A DNA stretch of 64,000 bases from Candidatus Kapaibacterium sp. (lineage in GTDB: Bacteria > Bacteroidota > Ignavibacteria > Kapaibacteriales > Kapaibacteriaceae): NCBI GenBank assembly GCA_018882895.1, contig VERF01000003.1, positions 854 through 64,853 on the forward strand. Direction: 5' to 3'. Positions within the stretch are counted from its first letter, which is position 1; every line of letters begins with the position of its first letter. A program made the position numbers and the translations under genes. Positions 49,682 through 57,775 of this stretch are shown one piece after another. The notes beneath the pieces were generated by a model. It did not search any database, was not told the origin of the DNA, and saw only the letters and a program-made list of their open reading frames with translations.

Positions 49682-51871
49682 ATGATCTCGATCCGTCAGC
49701 AGCTTCAGCAGTGTCTGCACTCCGTTGCGGAACGATCCAAGATCCATGACATCAACGTCACAATTTTCAACCGTGTTGAAGAGTGTCTTGATGGCGACCT
49801 CGTGATGCTGGATCGTCTTGGTAGCATCCTGCGCGACATCGGCATCATGGCAACCACGCGAAAGTCGGGAACGAAACTTCCTGCCGATCCAGCCATGGTG
49901 ATCTGGGTCGATGCAAACGGCAATGTTCATCGTGCCGAGCGCACGTCACAGTCGACCTATCTGATCGTCGACCATTCTGCGAATACCTCGCAGAGGGGCA
50001 CATGGAACGATGTGCTGGCGTTGATCAAAGACGGCGACTGCATCGTGGTGCCAATAGCGCAGCATTCGTTCTTAAAGGGCGATGAGACAACAGAATCTCG
50101 GGGGTCTTCAACAGGGTCGTATCCGGGCAAGACAAAGCAGGTGAGATTTCGGGATGTATGGCCCCTTATCAAGAGCTTGCTGATCGCTGAGAAGCGAGAC
50201 ATCCTCATCGTCGTGGTGTACTCGACGTTCATAAGTCTGCTTGGACTTGTCGTGCCATTGAGCAGTCAGGCAGTCGTGAACGCCGTTGCGCTTGGCGTCT
50301 TCAGTCGCCAGTTGGTTGTCCTCTGCGTGGTGGTGCTCCTTGCCATGCTTGTCATAGCGGCCATGATGGTTCTTGAACGTCACGTCATCGACATCATTCA
50401 GCGTCGACTGTTTGTTACGACTGCATTTGACATCGTCAATCGCATTCCACGGCTAAGGGAAGATGCCATCCGCGGAATGTATGTCCCTGAGCTTGTGAAC
50501 CGCTTTTTCGATGTTATCACCGTGCAGAAGACCATTGGGAAGTTCCTTCTTGAAGGCGTTGGAGCGCTGCTGATCTTGCTCACCGGACTTCTGGTGTTGT
50601 TCCTGTACCACCCGTTCTTTCTGGTCTATGACCTGATTTTCATCGGTTTCATTCCGATACTCGTGTTTGTGTTTGGCCGTGGCGCACTGACGACCTCACT
50701 TGCCGTATCGAATGCAAAGTATTCCACGGCGGCATGGCTTGAAGAGGTCGCTCGCAATCAACGGTCCATCAAGCTCGACGGTGACAGTGACTATGCCCAG
50801 AACAGGCTCGATGTTCTGAATGTCGAGTATGTTGATGCCAAAGCACGTCACTTTCGGATCATGGCCCGGCAGATGCTGGGTTCATACATCTTCAAAGCGT
50901 TTGCAACTGTGGGCATTCTGGCACTCGGTGGAGTGCTTGTGCTCGAGGAGGCCATCTCCCTCGGTCAGCTAGTGGCTGCTGAGATCATCATCGTAATGAT
51001 AATCGGGGCAATCGAAAAACTCCTAGTGCAGTTTGATGACTTCTACGATTTCACGGCTGCGATCTACAAACTGCAGACGATCGCCAAGCTTCCAACTGAG
51101 CATTCTGTCGGCCAGGTCGTTCCTGCTGTCAAGGATGGTGGTTCTGTGGTTCTCGACAACGTGTCATTCACCGACGGTTCCTCGTCGGTACTTCGCAATG
51201 TGTCACTGAGCATCAAGGCCGGAGAACATGTCAGCATCGTCGGTGGAAGCGGAAGCGGCAAATCAACTGTGGCAAAGCTCATCGTGGGCCTGCTTTTGCC
51301 GAGTCAGGGACATGTGAGGATCAACGGCGTCGACACGAAGCTGGCGGATCTTTCATCTTTGCGATCACATGTCGGATACCTTGATCCAGATGATGCACTC
51401 GTGCCGGGTAGCGTTCGGGACAACATCACGCTTGGTCGCCCCCTGCCTCAGGCAGCCATCGATGAGGTGATGCAACTGTGTTTGCTTACGGAAGAGATTC
51501 AGCGTTTGCCGAAGGGAATCCAAACAGAAGTGATTGCACTCGGTGCCAACCTGTCGTTCAGTGTGCGACGGCGCATTCTGCTTGCACGGGTACTTCTCGG
51601 GAAGCCCGATATCATCATCATCGACAGTGCATTTCAGGGTGTGGAAGACGGTCTCAAGATGCGCCTGATTGACTCGCTCATGAAGAGGACATCCTGCACT
51701 GTTGTGAACATATCGTTCGATACCGACATCATCGGTGCCACCAGTCGGGTCCACGTACTTGCTCATGGTGCACTCGTATGTTCTGGAACTCTCGAGGAGG
51801 TTTGCGCCGAGCGTGAGGACCTGCGCTCCTTGATTCTGCGGCGTCAGCCATCGCAAGGAGGTGCCCTATGA
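49682..51871 (+). CDS. type-I-secretion-like ABC transporter (N-terminal C39-like domain + 6-TM domain + degenerate NBD)
   Basis: AGGAG RBS 10 nt before the ATG at 49682 (the ORF-track start 49628 is GTG). Walker A GGSGSGKST is intact. The other motifs read LDPDD (Q-loop), LSFSV (signature), IIIIDS (Walker B) and NISFD (H-loop). Confidence 0.8.
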   Translation: MISIRQQLQQCLHSVAERSKIHDINVTIFNRVEECLDGDLVMLDRLGSILRDIGIMATTRKSGTKLPADPAMVIWVDANGNVHRAERTSQSTYLIVDHSANTSQRGTWNDVLALIKDGDCIVVPIAQHSFLKGDETTESRGSSTGSYPGKTKQVRFRDVWPLIKSLLIAEKRDILIVVVYSTFISLLGLVVPLSSQAVVNAVALGVFSRQLVVLCVVVLLAMLVIAAMMVLERHVIDIIQRRLFVTTAFDIVNRIPRLREDAIRGMYVPELVNRFFDVITVQKTIGKFLLEGVGALLILLTGLLVLFLYHPFFLVYDLIFIGFIPILVFVFGRGALTTSLAVSNAKYSTAAWLEEVARNQRSIKLDGDSDYAQNRLDVLNVEYVDAKARHFRIMARQMLGSYIFKAFATVGILALGGVLVLEEAISLGQLVAAEIIIVMIIGAIEKLLVQFDDFYDFTAAIYKLQTIAKLPTEHSVGQVVPAVKDGGSVVLDNVSFTDGSSSVLRNVSLSIKAGEHVSIVGGSGSGKSTVAKLIVGLLLPSQGHVRINGVDTKLADLSSLRSHVGYLDPDDALVPGSVRDNITLGRPLPQAAIDEVMQLCLLTEEIQRLPKGIQTEVIALGANLSFSVRRRILLARVLLGKPDIIIIDSAFQGVEDGLKMRLIDSLMKRTSCTVVNISFDTDIIGATSRVHVLAHGALVCSGTLEEVCAEREDLRSLILRRQPSQGGAL

Positions 51872-53094
51872 TGTCTGATCGTTTTTCGCTTAATCTTCTT
51901 GGAAGTCCGGCAGTACACCGTCATCTGGTCACGATCCTGCTTTCTGTCCTCGTCGGCTCTATCCTGTTTCTGATCTTTGTTCCGTGGCAACAGTCGGTTG
52001 TTGGCAGCGGACGGGTCACATCATTCACCCCCCAGGCTCGCCCGCAAACCGTCGAAAGTGCCATCAGCGGTCGCATCACCAGATGGTTCGTTAAAGAAGG
52101 TGATCGAGTGAACAAGGGTGATACTATTCTCGTGATGGCCGACATCAACGTCAACTTCATGGACGTTGAGATCATCGATCGGCTTCGTATGCTCAGGGGG
52201 CGGACCTTTGCCGCTCAGGAGCAGGCAATTCAGGTGGCCATGCAAAGACGACGTCAGGCCGAACAGCGTTATGATGCGTCTCGTGCCCGCCTAGACAATG
52301 CCAAGATCGAGACCGAGACGGCACGCATTCGCTACAACCGAGCAGATACTTTGTTTCGCAGTGACCTGGTGGCCCGACGTGAACTCGAATCTGCCCAGCT
52401 CGGACTGCAAAAAGCCGTGGCTGATTCGGTAGCAGCGTTCACGGGTGTTATGGCGGCGCGGCAGGACATCGAGGCATTCTCAGCCGAGGAAGAGCGCGTC
52501 GTGAATCAGGCGTACTCGACCATGCACGAAATGGACATTCGCGTGTCGAACGCCGAGACCCGCCGCGGCGCTGGCGTGGTGCTTGCGCCGATCTCGGGCG
52601 TCATCGTACGAATTGAGAAGTTCGGCGAAGGCATGACGGTCAAGGAAGGTACGCCCCTTGCGCTGATCGTTCCGGCCGGAGATGACCGGGCAATTGAGCT
52701 CTACGTAGGAAGCATGGATGCGGCCTTGGTCGAACCGGGTCGCCTCGTTTCGTTGCAGTTCAGCGGCTTCCCTGCGTTCCAGTTTTCGGGTTGGCAAGCC
52801 CTGCAGGTTGGTGTTTTCCATGGACGCGTCAAAGTGGTTGATGCAACTGACGATGGGTCCGGTCGATTCCGAATCCTCGTCGTACCAGCTGAGGAATCCA
52901 AGTATGGACGCTGGCCGAGCAACCGTTACCTACGTCAGGGAACGGATGCTACTGGTTGGGTGCTCCTTGATGATGTGGCCGTTGGCTTCGAGCTCTGGCG
53001 TCAGCTGATGGGCTTCCCACCTCAGTATCCTGTGGCACCATCGAAGGCGGCCGGCAAGCCGGCCAAGAAGGACGGGAGTAAGGAGGAGAAGTGA
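51868..53094 (+). CDS. HlyD-family type-I-secretion membrane fusion protein
   Basis: N-terminal TM, ...VVGSGRVTSF...SAISGRITRWFVKEGDRVNKGDTILVMAD, and a long coiled coil. ATGA junction with the ABC gene. Confidence 0.85.
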   Translation: MMSDRFSLNLLGSPAVHRHLVTILLSVLVGSILFLIFVPWQQSVVGSGRVTSFTPQARPQTVESAISGRITRWFVKEGDRVNKGDTILVMADINVNFMDVEIIDRLRMLRGRTFAAQEQAIQVAMQRRRQAEQRYDASRARLDNAKIETETARIRYNRADTLFRSDLVARRELESAQLGLQKAVADSVAAFTGVMAARQDIEAFSAEEERVVNQAYSTMHEMDIRVSNAETRRGAGVVLAPISGVIVRIEKFGEGMTVKEGTPLALIVPAGDDRAIELYVGSMDAALVEPGRLVSLQFSGFPAFQFSGWQALQVGVFHGRVKVVDATDDGSGRFRILVVPAEESKYGRWPSNRYLRQGTDATGWVLLDDVAVGFELWRQLMGFPPQYPVAPSKAAGKPAKKDGSKEEK

Positions 53095-54470
53095 GAATGT
53101 CTCTTCGCATCCTGCTGATACTCGTGGTCGCTGCCCTCATTCAGCAGACCAGCCATGCACAACGCCGTGTGGGCCTGCGTGAGTTTCTCGACCTGGTCGA
53201 GCGGAATCACCCTACTATCAGGGCCGCGAACCTTGAGCCCGAGCTTGCCGATGCGGATGTGCGATCAGCTCTCGGGCGGTTCGATCCGTTCCTCGCCTTC
53301 AACTACGAATCAAAGGTCAAGTCAGGCAGCGACAAGCTTACCGTCCTCGAGGGGTCGATCGAGCAGCCCCTTGACATGCTGTTTGGTCCCAAGATCAAGG
53401 CCGGATTTCAGCGCGGCACGGGCTTTTCGATCAACCCGGAGGATCTAACGGCAACAGCCGGCGAGGCATCGCTTGGCGTGAGCGTGCCCCTTTTGCAAGG
53501 CATCTTCACGGATGCTCGGCGTAACAACCTTCGCAAGGCCGAACTTCGACCCGACCTGGCGCGTGCGCAACAGCGCATTGAACGCAATGCCCTGCTTCGC
53601 ACAGGTGCACTTCGTTTTCTGGATTGGAGTGAGGCAGCCGAACTTGTTGCAGTGGCTGACACACTACTGGAGCTGGCGCGGCGTAGGCAGAACTTCATCA
53701 TACGACGCTCGATTAGCGGTGAGTCGGCCCTTATTGACTCCACAGAAGCGGCTCAGGAGGTGCGTCGACGCGAGGGCGAGCGCCTTCGCACGCTTCGTAT
53801 GGCCGAGCAGTTCGCCGTCGATGTCAAGGGGCTCATCTTTGCCGATAACGGCATCCAGATTCCGGATCCTTTTGACGCCCCGACGGGGTTGACCGGACGT
53901 CCTGACTCGTCACGTACGACCGATAGGGCCATTGACGTTGCCTTTGCGGCGCGTCCGGAGCTGCGCCGCGTTGAACTAGCGCTGCAAACGGCCCGGCTTG
54001 ACTCGACTCTGGCACGCGAGTTCATGCGACCGAACCTTGAGCTTGATGCCGGCGTTGTGGCCTTCGATGCGGGACAACCATCGGCACTCGATTACAAGGT
54101 TGGTCTGCGCATGCAGCAGCCCCTTTTCTTCCGCCAGGCCTCGGCCGGTGTGCAGACAACTTCGGTGGCCGTCGACCGTGCAGAGTTTGCCGTTCAGTTG
54201 ATGCGCCGACTGGTAGAGATCGATGTCCGCAATACCATGATCGCCATCGAGCGTTCGCTGGAGCGTCTGACGATCGCCCAGGAGGAAGTCCGACTGGCTC
54301 TTATCATGGTCAACGCCGAACAGCAACGCTTTACGGCGGGCGACGCTTCGCTTCTGACCCTGAACCTCAGGGAACGATTCTACGGCGAAGCTCTGCAGCG
54401 ATTGGTCTCGGCAAAGGCCGACGTTGAGCGTGCCAATGTGAGTCTGCTCTGGGCGATGGGTATAATCTGA
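53091..54470 (+). CDS. TolC-family outer-membrane protein
   Basis: Signal peptide MRMSLRILLILVVAALIQQTSHAQ. Two OEP repeats. 4-nt overlap with the HlyD gene. Confidence 0.85.
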   Translation: MRMSLRILLILVVAALIQQTSHAQRRVGLREFLDLVERNHPTIRAANLEPELADADVRSALGRFDPFLAFNYESKVKSGSDKLTVLEGSIEQPLDMLFGPKIKAGFQRGTGFSINPEDLTATAGEASLGVSVPLLQGIFTDARRNNLRKAELRPDLARAQQRIERNALLRTGALRFLDWSEAAELVAVADTLLELARRRQNFIIRRSISGESALIDSTEAAQEVRRREGERLRTLRMAEQFAVDVKGLIFADNGIQIPDPFDAPTGLTGRPDSSRTTDRAIDVAFAARPELRRVELALQTARLDSTLAREFMRPNLELDAGVVAFDAGQPSALDYKVGLRMQQPLFFRQASAGVQTTSVAVDRAEFAVQLMRRLVEIDVRNTMIAIERSLERLTIAQEEVRLALIMVNAEQQRFTAGDASLLTLNLRERFYGEALQRLVSAKADVERANVSLLWAMGII

Positions 54471-54476
54471 TTGGCG

Positions 54477-54484
54477 TATCTTTG
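54477..54484 (+). promoter_or_regulatory. Bacteroidota-type -7 promoter box TATCTTTG upstream of etfB
   Basis: Exact TAnnTTTG match 49 nt before the etfB ATG. It is embedded in a 12-mer, CGTATCTTTGCA, that recurs upstream of tRNA-Met. Confidence 0.5.
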
Positions 54485-54532
54485 CAGCCCTTTGAACGGC
54501 AATTTCATCACGAATAACTCACAGTCACACAC

Positions 54533-55279
54533 ATGAACATACTCGTGTGCATCAGCCAGGTACCGGATACGACCACCAAGGTGGCCGTCGGTGCCGATGG
54601 CACATCGATCAACCCCGCAGGGGTCAAGTACATCCTGAATCCGTACGATGAGTTCGCGATCGAGGAAGGACTTCGTAAGCGCGAACAACACGGTGGAACA
54701 GTCACAGCCGTCAGCGTCGGACCGGACTCGGTCAAGGAAGTTCTCCGTACCGCACTTGCCATGGGCGTCGACACAGCCATCCACATCAAGGATGACCAGC
54801 GAGGTGACTCTTTCTGTGTTGCCAGCTCGATCGCCGATCTGGCCAAGGAGACCACTCCGGATCTGATCATTTTTGGTCGGCAGTCGATCGACTACGATTC
54901 ATTCGCACTTCCATCGATGACGGCTGAAATCCTCGGATGGGCAGATATTCCGATGGTATCAATGCTCTCGATCGACGGCTCTGCAATCACTGCCGAAAGT
55001 GACATCGAAGGCGGGAAGTATACCGTTTCGTGTGAGCTCCCCTGCGTTATCAGTGCTCAGAAGGGGCTGAACGATCCGCGGTATCCGAAGCTCCCTGACA
55101 TCATGAAGGCCAAGTCCAAGCCGATCGCTGAACGTGCATCAGGCGCTCAGTCGGCCCGTGTGGCAACTACCTCTATGACGTTGCCGGTGAGCAAGCGCTT
55201 GAACAAGGTGCTGGGCGACTCTGACGCCGACGTCATGGAACTGGTCCGTCTCCTCCACGAAGAAGCAAAGGTGATCTGA
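54533..55279 (+). CDS. etfB: electron transfer flavoprotein beta subunit
   Basis: MNILVCISQVPDTTTKV...NPYDEFAIEEGLR... Confidence 0.9.
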   Translation: MNILVCISQVPDTTTKVAVGADGTSINPAGVKYILNPYDEFAIEEGLRKREQHGGTVTAVSVGPDSVKEVLRTALAMGVDTAIHIKDDQRGDSFCVASSIADLAKETTPDLIIFGRQSIDYDSFALPSMTAEILGWADIPMVSMLSIDGSAITAESDIEGGKYTVSCELPCVISAQKGLNDPRYPKLPDIMKAKSKPIAERASGAQSARVATTSMTLPVSKRLNKVLGDSDADVMELVRLLHEEAKVI

Positions 55280-55281
55280 CA

Positions 55282-56250
55282 ATGAGCATACTCGTCGTAC
55301 TCGAAGCACAAGCCGGTGGTCTGAAGCGTACCTCATGCGAAGCCATCACAGCTGCCCTGTCCGTTGCCGGATCATCGGCCATCACGGGCGTCATCTTCAA
55401 CGGCGCGCAGGAGCAGTTCGCTGCCGCCGGTGCCTACGGCCTTTCCAAGGTGTTGAACATCAGCGGTGATGAGTGGACGTCGATCCCCTCTGCACGCATG
55501 GCAGCTGCCATCTCCGATGCAGCCGTCTCGATCGGCGCATCGTTGGTGGTGTTCGGTGCAAACTCGTTCGGAAAGAACGTGGCCCCGCGCGTATCTGTGC
55601 GGCTCAGTGCCGGTTTCCTGCCCGACTGTGTTGCCCTCAGCGGCACAGCCGGATCGGTGGAGGCAACACGTCCGGTCTATGCAGGTAAGGCACTCGTGAA
55701 TGTCACATCTACGACATCCACGACCGTAGCAACTCTGCGCCCGAATCTCTTTACTGCCAAGAACATCTCAGGGGGCGAAGCCGCTTCGGAATCTTTTGTG
55801 CCGACCTCGGCATCTTCTTTGCCGACGATGCGCGTTACCTCCGTAACCCGCAATGAGGGTCAGCTGGATGTCTCGGAGGCCGACATCATCGTTTCCGGTG
55901 GAAGAGGTCTGAAGGCGCCTGAGCATTTCAACCTGATCGAAGGTCTGGCAAAGAGTCTTGGTGCCGCTGTCGGCGCATCACGTGCTGTGGTCGACGCCGG
56001 TTGGCGTCCCCACCGCGAGCAGGTGGGACAGACCGGCAAGACCGTTAGTCCGACCATGTACGTTGCCTGCGGCATTAGCGGTGCAGTGCAGCATCTTGCC
56101 GGCATGTCGTCGAGCAAGATTATTGTCGCAATCAACAAAGACAAGGACGCCCCTATTTTCAGCGTTGCCGATTATGGCATCGTTGGAGACGTGTTTGAGG
56201 TCCTTCCGCGTTTGACCGGCGCCATCTCGGCGATCACGGGTAAGAATTGA
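55282..56250 (+). CDS. etfA: electron transfer flavoprotein alpha subunit
   Basis: C-terminal FAD-binding region ...GASRAVVDAGW...QVGQTGKTVSP.LYVACGISGAVQHLAGM... Confidence 0.9.
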   Translation: MSILVVLEAQAGGLKRTSCEAITAALSVAGSSAITGVIFNGAQEQFAAAGAYGLSKVLNISGDEWTSIPSARMAAAISDAAVSIGASLVVFGANSFGKNVAPRVSVRLSAGFLPDCVALSGTAGSVEATRPVYAGKALVNVTSTTSTTVATLRPNLFTAKNISGGEAASESFVPTSASSLPTMRVTSVTRNEGQLDVSEADIIVSGGRGLKAPEHFNLIEGLAKSLGAAVGASRAVVDAGWRPHREQVGQTGKTVSPTMYVACGISGAVQHLAGMSSSKIIVAINKDKDAPIFSVADYGIVGDVFEVLPRLTGAISAITGKN

Positions 56251-56263
56251 GGATAGCGTTCGG

Positions 56264-56863
56264 ATGAACAAGGTGCAGGTCGACATACTTGGTCTATCGG
56301 TCAACCCGAATTCTCAGCGGGCCTATGCCCTGCTGCTGCGTGAGGTGGACGGCCAGCGGCGACTCCCGATCGTCATCGGTGAGCCGGAAGCCCAAGCTAT
56401 CGCCAACCAGCTTGAAGGCGTCCGCCCGCAACGGCCGATGACGCATGATCTGCTCAAGAACGTCATAGACTCTCTTGGTGCGCAGGTACGCGAGGTCGTC
56501 ATCACGTCGATCAAGGACGGAACGTTCTACGCATCGATCTTCTTCGATTACTCGGACTTGGAGATCGACGCACGTCCGAGCGATGCGATCGCTCTGGCAG
56601 TGCGCTGTCAGGTGCCGATGTATGTTGATGAAGCGATCATGGACGAGGCGTCGATCCATGCCGATGAAATACGCGAGCTCGAAGAAGGAAGTTCTGACGA
56701 GGAAGCGCCGGTAGAGCAATTGCCGGCAACTGCACCATCAGCAGAGCCCCTTACCTTGCGACAGAGGCTAGAACAGGAACTTGATCAGGCCATCAAGGTC
56801 GAGGACTATGAAGCGGCCGCTCGAATCCGAGACGAGATCAGTCGCTTGCAGAATCCAACATAG
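56264..56863 (+). CDS. bifunctional nuclease (DUF151) with C-terminal UVR motif
   Basis: ...RRLPIVIGEPEAQAIA...RPMTHDLL...DARPSDAIALAVR... plus EDYEAAARIRDEISRLQ. Confidence 0.75.
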   Translation: MNKVQVDILGLSVNPNSQRAYALLLREVDGQRRLPIVIGEPEAQAIANQLEGVRPQRPMTHDLLKNVIDSLGAQVREVVITSIKDGTFYASIFFDYSDLEIDARPSDAIALAVRCQVPMYVDEAIMDEASIHADEIRELEEGSSDEEAPVEQLPATAPSAEPLTLRQRLEQELDQAIKVEDYEAAARIRDEISRLQNPT

Positions 56864-56865
56864 GT

Positions 56866-56894
56866 TTTGAATCTGACGGACGTTCGTATCTTTG
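56866..56894 (+). promoter_or_regulatory. tRNA promoter: TTTG (-33-like) N17 TATCTTTG (-7 box)
   Basis: TTTG at 56866-56869 and TATCTTTG at 56887-56894. The box ends 15 nt before the tRNA 5' end. Confidence 0.5.
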
Positions 56895-56909
56895 CATCCC
56901 CTCTTAAGG

Positions 56910-56983
56910 GCCGGAGTAGCTCAGGTGGTTAGAGCAACGGAATCATAATCCGTGTGTCGGGGGTTCAAGTCCCTCCTCCGGTA
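56910..56983 (+). tRNA. tRNA with anticodon CAT (elongator Met or lysidine-modified Ile2; not initiator-like)
   Basis: GCCGGAG/TA/GCTC-AGGTGGTTA-GAGC/A/ACGGA-ATCATAA-TCCGT/GTGTC/GGGGG-TTCAAGT-CCCTC/CTCCGGT/A. G1-U72 wobble. No GGG/CCC anticodon stem. CCA not encoded. Confidence 0.85.
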
Positions 56984-56990
56984 CTTTCAA

Positions 56991-57018
56991 CAGCGAAGCC
57001 CAATGCTTCGCTGTTTTT
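56991..57018 (+). terminator. rho-independent terminator after the tRNA
   Basis: CAGCGAAGC-CCAAT-GCTTCGCTG followed by TTTTT. Confidence 0.75.
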
Positions 57019-57197
57019 GTTTGTACAGCCGTCAAGCCTTCTCGAAAGCCGCCAGCGCAGAAGGCGCGCCACACCCAATTTCTATTTTCTTCCCCGTTGC
57101 ACCCACCTGGCGGTAACCTGGCGTGATCGCACAGGTCTTAGTCTTACATTACGGCGTAACTACTGTGTATTTCCACTCATTACTAGAGTTCACAGCC

Positions 57198-57371
57198 ATG
57201 AAGATTATTCCAACACTCGTTGTCGCTCTTGCAGGATTTCTTCTGAGTTCTCAGTCAGCCTTGTCACAATGTGTTAGTCCACCGAATCAGTGTGGCAATC
57301 AGACGCCAATTCAGTGTGAATGCGTTGGTACGGAATACGAGTTTAAGGTCTGCCATGCTGGGCGTTCATAG
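57198..57371 (+). CDS. 57-aa secreted Cys-rich peptide (cassette A, part 1)
   Basis: Signal peptide MKIIPTLVVALAGFLLSSQSALSQ, then CVSPPNQCGNQTPIQCECVGTEYEFKVCHAGRS*. It aligns by eye to the N-terminal part of the cassette-B protein (63418 minus strand). Confidence 0.5.
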   Translation: MKIIPTLVVALAGFLLSSQSALSQCVSPPNQCGNQTPIQCECVGTEYEFKVCHAGRS

Positions 57372-57382
57372 CGAACGTCTGG

Positions 57383-57775
57383 ATGTGCACTCAACAGGCA
57401 GTGCCGCCAACGCCTCTGGACAATCCCTGTACTGTTCCTCCCAACGAATGCGCATTCCCGATAAACTCAATCACGTGGGTGAAAAAAATCTGCGTTCCTC
57501 AGGAGCTGAAGGATCAGAATCTGACGGCAGTCTATCAGGCCATCATCCGAGGCACTGACTTATGCTGTTACAACTTCATTGGCGCGACAATTCCTGCCTG
57601 CAATGCTGGGGCACGATGCTCCGATCCTACAAACCCAGGTATTTACTGTCACGTGTTAGCGCTACCAAAGTGTCTATCAAAGAACTTTAGTACAGGATGT
57701 TACACTGCGTGTGACAACGGTGGAAACTGTGCAAATCACTGCATTCTTGGAGGTGGAAAATGCTACTCAACGTGA
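57383..57775 (+). CDS. 130-aa Cys-rich protein without its own signal peptide (cassette A, part 2)
   Basis: 19 Cys in 130 aa. CTQQAVPPTPLDNPC...WVKKIC...CYTACDNGGNC. In the -1 frame relative to 57198-57371. No recognisable family. Confidence 0.5.
   Translation: MCTQQAVPPTPLDNPCTVPPNECAFPINSITWVKKICVPQELKDQNLTAVYQAIIRGTDLCCYNFIGATIPACNAGARCSDPTNPGIYCHVLALPKCLSKNFSTGCYTACDNGGNCANHCILGGGKCYST

Noticed and set aside
49588-49752. 55-aa ORF (MQFVKAATHMRTHSASDADHPQGL...) overlapping the ABC transporter start, considered as a possible secreted substrate or leader peptide
   Set aside because: It is in a different frame and overlaps the ABC coding region. It has no GG-leader or hydrophobic features and no RBS. 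It is probably spurious.
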